A stretch of DNA of 63,726 bases from Schmidtea polychroa (Eukaryota): assembly GCA_044892525.1 (NCBI GenBank), contig CM097885.1:46810001-46873726 (forward strand), in the 5' to 3' direction. The notes under the pieces were generated by a model that was given only the letters and a program-made list of their open reading frames with translations, ran no database searches and had not been told where the DNA came from. Below, piece after piece: positions 1 to 13,600 of the stretch (its first letter is position 1; every line of letters begins with the position of its first letter). A program made the position numbers and the translations under genes.

Positions 1-154
1 CCAGTCCTTATAATTTTCCTGACATGGCAAATTGAACTTCACACATTCAACAAATCTGGTTGAAATATGTTCAAGCCATACGAACTCAAAAATTAAATGA
101 AAAATAGTGTTATCAGCAAATATTTGAAAATTACGCTACTTATATATTGTGCAG

Positions 155-299
155 CAAAATCTCAAAAACGTCAAATTCACATGTTGAATTCGATCATCCA
201 ATAGAAATGGAAACAACAGAACTGCTCAAATCTACTCGATCTATTTATGAAGAAATTCATAAAACCAATAATGATCAACATATTTTACTAACAAAATAA
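155..299 (+). CDS. Probable terminal exon of an upstream gene of unknown product
   Basis: CAG acceptor at 152-154, then an open frame (KISKTSNSHVEFDHPIEMETTELL...LLTK*) ending TAA at 297-299, followed by AATAAA-rich sequence. No family motif recognised. Confidence 0.35.
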
Positions 300-748
300 A
301 TAAAAATTAATAAATAAAAATTAAATAAAGTAAGTAATTAATATAAGATAATAATAAAATAATTAATTAATAAAATGTAATAAATTAAATAATTAAATAG
401 AAGAATTTCAATAAAATTTTAAAAATAAAATGATTCATTAGATCTATATCTGATCTTGACATATTTCATGAAATTGTGATGACCTTGATAGTGTGCTGGA
501 ATCATCACTTCACACTAATAAAGAAACACCTGGAATTGCCAGTTTTTATAAATATTCATTTTTCAATAAATTAAATTTGAAAATTGAAAATAGTTCATCA
601 ATGGTTATAGAGATAATAAATGTATACTATTAACTTTTTTAAATCTAAAAATATAATTTGATGAAAAGCAAATTTCATAGAATCTCCATTGAGTGTTCAC
701 GAAAAAAATGGACTACATTCATGATAGCATATAATTGAAGTAAATCGT

Positions 749-2320
749 TCAATTGTTGTCATTATAAACATTTACTCTCTGGCAATTGTGCATCAGAAAC
801 TTCCCAGACAAAACAACCACCAATTCAATGATCTCAATGATCGAAATGATGCTGCACCCAACCCATAAGCCCATTTGGGAACCGATATTTGAAACAAAAG
901 TTAGCAACTGATATGAAGAAATGTCATCCTGTTTAATTGAGCCCGACGTTCGGACAATATTAACGCTTTGCAACTCATATTGTGTCGAAAAATTGATAAA
1001 TTTTTCTAAAGAATCTGGAGCGTTACTTTTATTGTCAAAAGTTTTAATTCGGTTTCTTTGAATTTCATAATATTTACCTACTTTAATTTTATAGTTCAAT
1101 GTCTGAAAAACATCAAACATGCTCTGACTGAATGTACTAGCAATTCTGAAGCTTCTTTGCTCACAATAATCGAAACAACCTTTAACAGATTTTTCTTTTA
1201 TGGATCTCATGCAACTTAGTTTCTGAGATAATTCATTAATCAAAGAATCATTTAGTTTTGATGATTGTTTGATTAATGTCCATGATAATACATGACAACC
1301 TTGAATTCCTGTACCAACTGACCCTGGCAGTTCGAAATCTTCAAAATAACATTTGCATTTTTTAATTATTTGATTTTGCATATTTAATCGTTTACATAAA
1401 TCAGTTGTTTGTAAAACATTGACCACTTGTGATGTCATGGGAAATCGGATTGTTAAATATATATTTTCTTTGACACAAACACTTGACGGATTGGTGTCCT
1501 TTCGTAAATAGGATGAAAATGAAATGAGAAATATTCGATTCCAATTTGTGGAAACACATGAATCCTCTGCAGCAGAACCGATTTCATGAATGCAAGCCAC
1601 CGGAGCATCGGTCCATTGGTACGGATCTGGAAACGGATCTAAATTTTCACTAGATTGTTTTAATCGGTAGATAATAAAAGAAAATTTGTTCGTTATGGCT
1701 CTCAGTAGGAACTTTTCAGAAAACGTCAGGCACTGCCAATAAATCGGATGCTCGTAAAATTTTCCAAAGGTTGAATTACATTTTACTCTCCTATCTATTA
1801 AGCAATCCAACATGTCCAATTTAATAGAATGTAAAATTTTCGATTGAAAAGCATAAAACTTATTCGATCTTCTAACCGCACTATTGATTGTTCGTTCCAA
1901 ATTTATTTGCAAAAATAAATTATAAGAATCTTGATATTTGTCACTTTGATTTCTTATATTTTCAAATACTTGTGTCCATATTTGACTGATTCTTTTGTTT
2001 ATTTCTCGAAATGTAAAATTGTCAAACGAAACTAATCCGGCATCAATAAAAGCCTTATTAATAGGCTCTTTTAGGCAAATTGTGATATCTGGAAAAGTAT
2101 CTTTATCTGTCATTGGAGTTATTAGAGTGGAAATCGGATTTAATAAAAACAATTCAACTTCTTTAGAAATACAATACAAACAAGCACTTAAACTTGTCAG
2201 AAATATAAATAACCATACAATCTTGTGCCACAGTTTATGTGGTCGTTCTCCAAGTTGAAATGTTCCATGAAGAGTGGCAGCTTCTAAAAAATTGAACAAC
2301 CAAGTCTTAATTGATGACAT
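749..2320 (-). CDS. DEG/ENaC (amiloride-sensitive sodium channel family) subunit, single-exon ORF, 523 aa
   Basis: Pre-TM1 HG motif (AATLHG), TM1, FPDITIC (FPAVTIC-like), cysteine-rich ectodomain, and TM2 SNIGSQMGLWVGCS with the G-x-S filter. Confidence 0.92.
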   Translation of the reverse strand: MSSIKTWLFNFLEAATLHGTFQLGERPHKLWHKIVWLFIFLTSLSACLYCISKEVELFLLNPISTLITPMTDKDTFPDITICLKEPINKAFIDAGLVSFDNFTFREINKRISQIWTQVFENIRNQSDKYQDSYNLFLQINLERTINSAVRRSNKFYAFQSKILHSIKLDMLDCLIDRRVKCNSTFGKFYEHPIYWQCLTFSEKFLLRAITNKFSFIIYRLKQSSENLDPFPDPYQWTDAPVACIHEIGSAAEDSCVSTNWNRIFLISFSSYLRKDTNPSSVCVKENIYLTIRFPMTSQVVNVLQTTDLCKRLNMQNQIIKKCKCYFEDFELPGSVGTGIQGCHVLSWTLIKQSSKLNDSLINELSQKLSCMRSIKEKSVKGCFDYCEQRSFRIASTFSQSMFDVFQTLNYKIKVGKYYEIQRNRIKTFDNKSNAPDSLEKFINFSTQYELQSVNIVRTSGSIKQDDISSYQLLTFVSNIGSQMGLWVGCSIISIIEIIELVVVLSGKFLMHNCQRVNVYNDNN

Positions 2321-4077
2321 AGAAATTAATTGAAAATTTATTTTTTCTGTTTTTTATTTATTTTTATAGTTAAAATATTTATTAATGTCAACAAATACGT
2401 GAAAATTGACATTTAAAATTTAAGAAAATAAATTATTTTATTTANNNNNNNNNNNNNNNNNNNNNNNNNNNNNNNNNNNNNNNNNNNNNNNNNNNNNNNN
2501 NNNNNNNNNNNNNNNNNNNNNNNNNNNNNNNNNNNNNNNNNNNNNNNNNNNNNNNNNNNNNNNNNNNNNNNNNNNNNNNNNNNNNNNNNNNNNNNNNAGA
2601 AAATTTAGTTTTTTAGTTAAGAAACAAATAGTTAATAAATAGTTAAAAAATAGTTAAGAAACAAATGATGGGTTACGAATAGAAACATTCTATATCTGTA
2701 CGCATAAATGTACGTCTTACATCATCGATGACTGTAATTTTTCTGCTTCCCTTTCGTAACGACGCATAATCAATGATTTTACCACTTAATTACCCATCGC
2801 AGGTAACGTTGGTACAACAATATAGTGAGTGGCCGTCAGCAAAAGATGAGCCCCATCACTAGGAATGCAGATGCCTTGACGCGCTTATGGGTTTATGGGC
2901 ATACCATAAAATTTGTAGCGCTCTACCTTCTACTGTCCCTATTATCATCGTCGTATTTATTTGTTCTAACCATTTTCATCAAATATTATCTTAGACTTTT
3001 ATCGCAAGAAATTTTATTTAAACGAATTATTGTCAAACAAATATTAAATAAATTATTATGCATTACGTTTCAAATCTTATTCATTTAATATTTGTTATAT
3101 AATTATTTATTTTAATATTTACCTAACAATAATTTGTTTTAACCATCTATTTAATTCAGCATAATAAGCGCCCGACAAACGAGAGAAAAGAATTTTAATT
3201 TCAATTCAGATTCGGTTGTTTAATATTTAGCAAAAATATAAACTAATATTATTCTTACACATAAAATTAGACAAAAATATAAATGAAATTTATATTAATA
3301 AGACACATTAGTTGGTAAATCAGTTAATAGCCACATTAAAAATCATATAGATCCACTGTCTTCATCACCTCTTACCAGCCTAGTTGGTTCGTGTGTCCTT
3401 GAGTAGCTTAACTCGGTCCTTTCGTATTTTCTTGGTAGCGGCTTTGCCGATTTTCCATGTTTGTTCGAAATAATCTGGAGATAATCGATGCCAATGTCGG
3501 AAGTAGATCTTGTTTGGAATATTTCGAAACTTTCCCAACCCCCACATCCGTGTGAATTCTTACCTTTAATTAAATCAGACATTGAACTTGCTTCCTGTAA
3601 GTGATTTTGAGGTCTCTAATCACTGCTGGTCCTTGTTTCTTGCCTATTCATTCGCCTCGATATGTCGATGGAGCTTTTGAACGTAGCCAGAACAGAACTA
3701 TTTCAATTCCATCCGTCTACAACGGTATACTAACGGCATTGCTTTACTCTATTGCCTGACCACTTCGGCTGTATATCTCGACCCAACCAAGAGGAATTTC
3801 TCCATTAATGGGCCCACTGAATTAAAATATTTGAATACAAGTTAGAGAGAACAGTGGTGCGGTGGCAGTACTAATGTTACTGATTGCAGAAGCAATAAGT
3901 ATTACGAAAATATAAATAAGCATTATTATTATACATAAGTTCAAAGATAAAGTTATCGATGAAAAACACTGAAGTAATTGATATCGCTATACTTAATATT
4001 GTCGAGCATCTAAAAAACCTATCAGCTGATTTAAAAGGAAGATTTTCCGATTTGAAAGAAATCAATATCCAACTTGG

Positions 4078-4503
4078 GTGATGCAGCCAATGTTAGTTAA
4101 TTTATCTCATATTTCAAATATACAGTACCAAGAAGAATTAGCAGAAATGCAGAGTGGTGAGTCAGTTAAAACTTTATTTAATATGAAAGGATCGAAGGTA
4201 TGGTTTTTTGAAGAGACCAAATATCCAAGCACAACAGAATGTGCAAGAAAAAAATTATTATTACCGTTTCTTTCTTCATATTTAGCTGAATGCGGATTTA
4301 GTGCCATAACTGATTTGTTACTTAAAAAAAGAAATCGTTTGGATATAACACAACGGGGAGATCTAAGAATGAAGCTAACAAAATTGGAAATGTTTTCGCC
4401 TATTCATCGGCAAAGATCCACAAATGTCAATGTACTTAAAATTACCAGGATCAAATCGGAAAAGCATAAATTGATAACTTTAAGTTTATTACAAATAATT
4501 TGA
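4078..4503 (+). mobile_element. hAT (Buster/Charlie-type) transposase C-terminal remnant
   Basis: LLPFLSSYLAECGFSAITDLLLKKRNRLDITQRGDLRMKLTKLE matches the hAT dimerisation-domain end of Buster/SCAND3-like transposases. No N-terminus or TIRs seen. Confidence 0.75.
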
Positions 4504-5517
4504 GCCTTCAAAAATGGTTTGTTTATTTCTTAACAAAAAATATAGTACAATATGATATCTATAATGTTAATATTTTTTATACCCTATCGATGTCCCAACT
4601 ATTATTATTAGACATCTTTTTAAACATTTTTACTTTTGGTTCATTACATTAACAATTATGCGCTCACTCTTATTTGCTTGGTAAGTATTTAGTCTTTTGA
4701 TGATTTGGCGTAATCATTTCATTTACTCACATCTTTTGTCGTTATGGAAATAACTTGAAAATTAGCGGAATAATGGTGTTCATTACTCCGAATTCTACTT
4801 TAAGTCTCTTTTTCACTAAGCATTATTATATTTTCAAAGCGCGGATCTTAACTTAATTCTGAAACGCTTGCAAATTTTGGATTTGGATTTGCCTTAAACA
4901 TGATAACAAAGTCTTTAAAAGCCTATTACACTGCTTTAATTGTCACAGATGGTGTTGATAAATTCGAAACTGACATTAGTAACAATAGCCATGCCATAAT
5001 TCCTACAATCTGAATGTCAAGCAAATGATGGTTTGTATAAACAGTATAAATTCAAGAGAACTACCACATATCAAAGACCGATGTCAAGAAATTAAAAAAG
5101 TAATTACTTGTTACATTCAAAAAGTTGGTCGTAATAATTCATTGAATATTTTTAATACGTATTCTTAATATTTAACAGTGCGCATTACTTTGTTTTTATC
5201 TATTGAACATCTAAGGAGTAGCTAGTGGTGTCGCTAGAAATTATTTGGGCATTAACTACGCAAAATAAATGATTTAAAATTTGCTATATAACCAGGAAAA
5301 TTATTGAATACTATTCAAAAATTCATTCAGAATTATTCATCAAACATTATTATATTACGGAAATTTTAAAAACAATAAATGATAATATTAATAACAATAA
5401 GCCAAATTTTTATTATTCTATTTTATGGTTTATTTGTATAACCATGATAAAAGTATTGTTATATCAAAACCCATCTTCATTCAACACTAAACCTGCTCAT
5501 TACAACTCCATCCTCTC

Positions 5518-7289
5518 TGTTGTCATTTTCAGAATACATTATTTAGAAAAAAGACACTTTGAATTTGTAAATCTTTATTTTTATAACATATTTAAATAAA
5601 GTTTAAATAATTAGATTATTATAAATACCTATAGTATTTATAACAATTATTTAATTGATTTGGCTACATAGCCCTCAGCCGAGATCATGGAGTGATCTAT
5701 TAGATTCTTGGAGATGGGTTGCTTTGAGTTTGTCTACTGATACTCGTAAAGTCCTCGTTGGTAATTGAATTTCAAATGTTTTAAAATCTGAACTTCGACT
5801 AATTACCCTATATGGTCCATCATATACAGGTATGAGGGAGGTTCTTGATTCGGCTTTGAGCAACACGCGAGTAGATTCCTTCAGCTCGCTCGGTAGGAAT
5901 GGTTAGGAATTTTGATTTCTTTTCCTTCTGATTATGATATCACCTGGTAGCCGTCCATCAGTTCCAAAAACACTTTGGTTTGGTAATAAATTTGTTTCTT
6001 CAGAGATGACATTGCCCAACTTCTGGAGTAATCATCTGAGTGTGCCCTTATTGCTGCTTTAAGAGTTCTATGGAACCTTTCAACTTTGCAATTACATTGT
6101 GGATGATATGGTGTGGTAATTCTGTGATTTTCTTTACATCTACCACCACGAATCTCCATCTAAAGTTCTGCTCTATGTTTAAAATCTATGTTTAAAATTA
6201 AGTGTCTTCGAACCATATGTTTTGATGTTGAAGTTATTGGCTGAAACAAGTTTAATAGGCACGTCTCTAGAATCAGGAGTAAATGTATTCGCTGGGATGA
6301 CGCTGACATCCGCTCCAGAATCCACGAGGAAATTGTATGTTCTGTCGCTCTTAAAAATTGGCACAGTGAATATGGCTTGGATTTTTGTCAACTGCTGAGT
6401 ATTGTCCCGAATCTCTGTCGTCGACATCAAAGAGATCCTTGGTCTTTTCCCGCATATGATGACTTAGTCCAATAACATGGCTGTTCGCATTTTCGGGCAT
6501 CTTTTCCAAATCTTCTGTGGAAATAGCATATAGGATTCATTGTTGACAGCTTGTTGTATTGACTGGATTTGTTATTTGACTTTATAGCATTAATTTGATT
6601 TTGGAGATTTTCTAATGCCTATTGATACTGGATTTCTGCTTGTTGTCGATTTTCCACCTGAGATATAACATGATTTTTGATGCCCATGTGTAAGTTTGTG
6701 TTGTTTGCTAGCTCATCAATATCCGCTTCCTTTGACAGTAATAAGTGTTTTATGTGAACTGCATCCAATTTATAAATTGAAATCTCAGGATCCAACTCGT
6801 TTATGGGTTTCCATTCGGTTCCATTAGTTTGTAACTGCGCTTGAGTTCCATAAGCAATTGACTTAGTTTTCGGTTACCAAGTTCTTGGTTCTGCAGCAAT
6901 TTTTTGGCAGCCTCTGTTTTCGATCCTTTTCATTCCCTGATTATTGCGTCTTTTAACGTCGAATATGGCTTTTTGATTTGTGGGTTCAGTAGATCCGATT
7001 ATTCTTCGAGGATTTTTGGTGGTAGACTGGTGAGGAAATGAAAATACTTGTTGGAACCACGCTACCACGTTGTCGAATGAAATCGGTACCTTCATCTGAA
7101 TTTGACTACTTTCATGTGCTGCACTTTTGACACCAATGTTGTCATTTTCAGAATACATTATTTAGAAACAAGACACTTTTTGAATTTGCAAATCTTTATT
7201 TTTATAACATATTTAAACAAAGTTTAAATAATTAGATTATTATAAAAACATATGGTATTTATAATAATTAGTTAATGGATTTGGCTACA
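5518..7289 (-). mobile_element. Internally deleted Gypsy LTR retrotransposon with both LTRs
   Basis: LTRs at 7137-7289 and 5518-5668 (minus strand TGTAGCC...ACAACA). 5-bp TSD CTCTC at 5513-5517 and 7290-7294. PBS TGGTGTCAAAAGTG resembles the tRNA-Leu type. Remnants of gag (6874-7158), protease FLVDSGADVSVIP (6179-6430) and the integrase tail (YHPQ..VERFHRTLK; YDGPYRV). RT and RNase H are absent. Confidence 0.9.
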
Positions 7290-7660
7290 CTCTCCTATAT
7301 GTATTTTTCTTTGATCGATATAATGCTCTACTAGCCAACTTCTTCTGTATCACTGATACTAAATAATGTAGCTTTTAGAAAACAAAATTCAACGCTATGC
7401 ATTAGTTCAACACCAACATCTTTTATATCTATTCAAGATAAATATTTAACAATAATTACATTAATTACATTATCCAAATCTTTCAATATTAAAAAAAAAG
7501 ATTTTTTTTGAAATAATTTCGTAAATAGGTTTTACTTAACACATAATTATTTTAAAAAAGAATAAATCTGTAAATAAAAGCATTTTTGTTAAAGCTATTA
7601 TATGTTCAATGTAGTTTTACTGTATAAATTATTTGACCTATACTTTCAAATTTGATTAAA

Positions 7661-10600
7661 ATGTCAAATATAGAAGATAATTCCAAAACTTCTAATAGGA
7701 AATTATCGTAATTACTGCCTTCTCTATCAATTTAATAAATTTTTTCTAGGACAAATGGATTAAGTTTATACGAAACTTTAGAATTAAATAAAACATGTAA
7801 TGAAGCAGATATTAAAAAATCTTATAGACGAGTAATTTGCATTAAATTATTAATTTTATTTTTATTATTGAAAAATTAGCTTGCTTTAAAATATCATCCA
7901 GATAAAAATTCAAATGATACAGATGCTACAGAGAAAGTACATTTTTAAATATATATATTCAATTTGACATTGATCAGTAGTGTAGTAAGTTGGATAAATT
8001 TTTAATGGTTATTACATAAAGTCATATTAAAATTATTCAAATTTATCAAATCGGTTTGAATATAATGTAAATTTCAAATAATCACAATAAAATTTTTTTA
8101 AATAAATTTTGATGTTTCATTTTATTAATTTCTTATTTGACATTGCATAATTAAGTTACTGGAAGTTAAAGATAATCTATATAATAATATATTGAAACGA
8201 AACTAAATAATTAAATAGTTAAAAATTTGATATTAATGTTATTGAAATTTAATCAATTTAATGTAGATCGTGGTTTTCTGATCATTTATGTAATTATTGA
8301 TTTTTCAGTTCTAAAATATATTTAAATTGTAATTTCTGAATTATTTATAATATATAATATATACAAAATTACATTAGCGAGTTCTTTCTAAAAAGTATAT
8401 ACACGAGTGTTGTTATCCATGAAATTTAATATTTAAATTAATAATTAATCAAAGACAAAATAACAATTCGAATTTCTGTATTTTATCACATTTTCTAAAC
8501 AAAATTATATTTGTTATATTTCAAATATTTAAATATATATTAAAACACATATTTTAAATATTGATTAGTTACGTAACTCCCCTGGAAGTTTATGGAGTCA
8601 ATGACATCAGCCACTTTCAGTCTATCTATAGAGAATGTAATTACTTTCCTCGCTGCATTTGAAATCTTTGAATGTTCCTTCGTAGATTTGTTGAAGTGTT
8701 GTTCTAATTTCTCCTCTCACCCATATGTGACTGCATGTTTTTAGATTCTTTTTGTTTAATTTTATTTTCTCTCTTTTTGAACAGGATATTTCCAAGCAAT
8801 CTGAATTGTGCTCCAAATACTGCCTGGTAAGTGTTGGTTTCTTCGGATATTACATTCTGTAACCCGAGCATCACCCAAGGTAGGTCCTTAGCCCAAGTTC
8901 TACTTACTTTATCACTGTGAGGTCGTAGAGCTACCTTCAGTGTCATGCTATCTTTCTATTTTACCATCGCACCAAGGATGGTAAGAGGTGTTGTGTCTAT
9001 GTAATATTTTGTGCTTGTTAAATAAAAATTGTATATACATTGAACTTTAGCGCCATGTGAGTTACATATAACTTTGTGGCAGATTTGAATTTGAAGCCGT
9101 GCGAAGTAGTGTGGCCCTACAACAACTTTACCAATTTTTGATACAACAATCAACGTGTTAATCGAATACAGTTAATAATAGCAATAACAATTCAAACCAT
9201 CAACTTGAAAGACGCATTATATTACTAAAATTCCCAAAATCTGCGTCTTATATGCGCTAAGATACGGTAATTGTGAATTATAATAATTTAATAATTTCTA
9301 TTCAAGAGGTGTTCAATTTTCCAAATTTTAAATTATATTTTTGAAATTGAATGCATTACATCTATATATAAAACATTATGTAATAATATATAACCGCCAC
9401 TTTCTTAAAGGCTTCTAACGGTTCATTTTGTTCTTAAGGCAGGGAGTGGTTCCATGATCTGTGACAATAGTTTTGTCATTTTCTTTTGACATATTACACA
9501 TTTCTTCTTTAACTCCTTTAATAACTTACGGTAACCCACAACCAAATATTTTTCATGCAGTTTAGTTAGAAAATACTCTATTTCACCGAAATGTTTCAAG
9601 GAACTATGTATTGTTATCACTACCAATCTCGTAACCCAACTACTTCCAGATAAGATTATCGGGAATCTTGCCATTGGGTTAAATCATTCCGTATTAGATA
9701 AGTGACTTTCACCTCGCAATATTCCATCATCGAAAACCTTTGGATTTAGGTGCTTTTGTAAACTTTTTGCCTTCAAGCTTCCAATTTACAGTTAATCTTT
9801 TAACTCTTCCATTTATTCACCTTTGTGCTATTTTTTTATTAATATGTTCTCCGATTCCTCAATTTCGTGACTTGTTGTGCTGCTCTCGATGTACCGATTC
9901 AGCCAGGCGCGATAATGAGTAAGTCTTTTCCAGTTTGAATAAGTACTAGATATCAGACTGCTCGTTTTCCAATATTTTTCCACGGTCTCACTTTACACTA
10001 GACCCGTTAAGATGCTAGTTTGTTTCACAGTATGCGTGCTGATCCCCAATCGTTTGCTCTTTCATTGAGGCCACTTGTCTTCCTCCTCTAATAGAAATCA
10101 TTCTCTCGAATCGTGAAGTTCTTCAGCCTGTGTATTATTATTTTTCACATAAGATATTAACTTTAAAGCCTCTTAGCATAATTAAACGAAAAATAATATT
10201 TATTATTTTTCACTTAAAATTTGACCGGTGTTTTTATCTAGAAAATATTGTATTGATTTTAAAGAAAATATCAAAATACCTAAAAAATACTGATTAAAAA
10301 TTCTAAATTTTTCAAAATTAATTTGATTGATATTAAATTCACTGAAAACAAAGTGGTGAATAATATTAATTTTTCATTTTACATATAATTTGATTATTAT
10401 AATCTGATTTCATTATTTATAGAAAGTTTTTATTACTATATAAATATACTAAATTAAATATAAAATTATTTTATTTTATTAATCAAACATTTTTATAAAT
10501 GCAATGTTAAATAAGATTGATATTATGAAAATTCTTAAGCAAATTTTAAAATATTAGACTTTATTATTGAAATATTTAATTAACATTGAAAATTTGTCTA

Positions 10601-13600
10601 GGCTACTGACAATGATATTAAATATGTAACTTAATTAATGTTTCGTTTACAGTTTCGTAGTGTAAATAAAGCTTATTCAGTTTTAATTGACAAAAAAAAA
10701 CGAGCCTTTTATGATAAATATGGATCACTAGGATTGCAATTTCTATCACAAATGGGAGAAGACAATGCCCAATTCCTTTTGAAATCAGCACATCCGTGTG
10801 TCAAAGTAATCTTTATTTTTTGAAGTTTAGTATTTATTAGGCTTCATTTAAACTCTAATTTTCATATATATAAATAATCAAAGAATGCAGGTAAAGTTTT
10901 TATAATTGAAAATCCCAACTAAGAATATTAAAATATAACATTACTATATATTTCGAACATTTCTCTTTCAAGCTAAAAATCGTATTAATCACAACTAAAT
11001 AAACAAATTAACAACCAATAATCGTAATCAAATTCTATCAAAAATATATTTTAATAAATATTTTTTTAATCATATAAAAATTATTTTAATTTTATAAAAC
11101 ACAAAATTGTTAATATTCTCATACAAATTATTTTTAAATTAGTATAAAATTTAAATTTAAAAATTAAAAATTGTTTTTATACACAAAATTTAACAAACAA
11201 CAACTTTCAAGATATAATTTCGGATCACATTTTTTATTAGCCTGACAGACAGATAGGAAAAATGTATTAATTAATTTATTATAAATAAATAGATTATTCT
11301 TTAAAAAAATCAATTAAAAATAAAACCTATTCATTCATAACACAGTTTGTCATAAATATGAATTTGTGAATAAAAATAACAGAGCACATACTCAATTCGT
11401 TGAATCTTTCAATAATAACATTAAATAGGAAATTTAAAAATGAAAGGGAATTATTACCAATAAGAGACAAAGATTTTTAAATGAAAATTGCTGGAAGTTT
11501 AACAATAAAGTTGATAGGTTCGAAAAAATTTTAGAATTAATTAAATGTTAGGGTAGGTGCAATTGTTTTTGTTGTTTAGTTTTATTTGTAATTCATTTCA
11601 ATACATTTTTCTTAAATTTAGGTTTTATTTAATTTCTATTTAATTATTTTTATATTGTGTAAAAATAAATGAGCTTGTTACAAGAATAATTTTTGTAAAT
11701 TATAAAATCTATAAAATCTTTAATTATTAGAAAGCGCTACTCGAACATACGTTTTACGATATATTTCTAGGATAGAAAAAATTATAGATATTATTGATTT
11801 AATAAACAAGTTACTAAATATTTATAATTAAAATTTTTTTAAATTTAATTTACGTAAATAATTAAATTTTTTTCAATTTTTATATATTTTCAAATTTTTT
11901 TAAAATGATTTTCATTCACAAAATAATTTTAATGAAAATAGTTAAAAAAATTTATTCAACTTAACCAACCATTCAAAACAATTGGAAACAACAACAACAA
12001 TTCACATACTCTCAATTTCAAAATCTTAAAACACAAGTTTTCAGAGGATTTAACACATTAATTTTCAATGATTCAATGATCTTATTAAGGTGCCATAAAT
12101 TTTACACATTATTAAAGCTGTTAATAAAATTTTAAAATCAGACATGCCTATTTTACTCAATCATTGTGTTCACTAATATTGGTCAATTCTTTCGATCGAC
12201 AATGTACAAGAACTCGAGTACAAAGATTACTGGAAGTTTATCTACTATATTTNNNNNNNNNNNNNNNNNNNNNNNNNNNNNNNNNNNNNNNNNNNNNNNN
12301 NNNNNNNNNNNNNNNNNNNNNNNNNNNNNNNNNNNNNNNNNNNNNNNNNNNNNNNNNNNNNNNNNNNNNNNNNNNNNNNNNNNNNNNNNNNNNNNNNNNN
12401 NNNNNNNNNNNNNNNNNNNNNNNNNNNNNNNNNAATAAGTTTATTAGTGAAGCAAACACATGAGAATGACGACAATGAAAACACATTGAAGCATACAAAC
12501 GGCTTAAGAAGAAAAGAATGGCTATCATTTCCCATGCCTTTTCAATAGTCTTATTATGCGAACGTTTCTCTTCATTATTTTCTTGTATAAGTTTCTTAGG
12601 ATAGGCTGATGAATGTGGCATAAAATGTCATTATAGTATATTAGCAATTAATTAATGCGTTTCGTCCATCCATAATAGCCAGAGTCATAAAGAGGTTTTT
12701 CTCATTTAAAAATCGTGGAATTTCTGGTTTCCTTTTTGAATATCTTGATCAAAAATTCCTAGCGAAATGAAAAAAAGGAAAATCCCGTCTCCCCGCAAGG
12801 AGTATGTACGCACATCACAATCGAATAGATTTATTCGCAATCTATTGTAAAATATGTATTGAAATTGTGAAAATAAATTAAAATAAACAAGTGTATTCAT
12901 CTTGATCGAAAAGTTCAGAAAGAAATAAAACAAGGCTGAGTGTATCAACGAGAACTAATTCAGGAATTCTGCAACCAATGTTAAAAATTTTGAAAATTAC
13001 TTTTGAATCTAAGGGGACGGAAAATTTGGAACTCACGATGGAGAAAATTTTAATTCTGTTCCCTCGATCTGAATTTATTTGAAATATTTCTGTACAAAAA
13101 ATCATAACTTATGAAGTGAATGAAAATCATAAATCCAAAGTTTAACACTGAAAAGATTACAAAAATTGTTTAATGATATACTTTCCTCTTTATTTTGACA
13201 CTATGCTTTGCAAGCATATTTATAAACTGCTTAAGTTACTATTTCTAATGCATAAGCATTTCCTAAGTATTTCCTGTTGTTAAGTATGGATTCTCAAACA
13301 CAATCACATTATTTTATTTAGTTATAATGTATTTTTACTTTTATTTTATTTTATACTTTAACTTGTACAATAAAGTACAAAGTTATAGAGGATTGGATAA
13401 GTGTATTTGTTTGGTAAGAAGATCTATGATAATATTAGTATACTATACCACACTTTACGGACTAAGTTGTCCCCAAAGCGAAAAGCCATGTAACAAATCA
13501 ATTATTTTAATATAAATCCATGTAAATTCAATATTATTGGTTTCATTTTTTTATAAAATAACTTAGTTTTAAGTTTTAAATGCATTTTTTTCTTTATATT

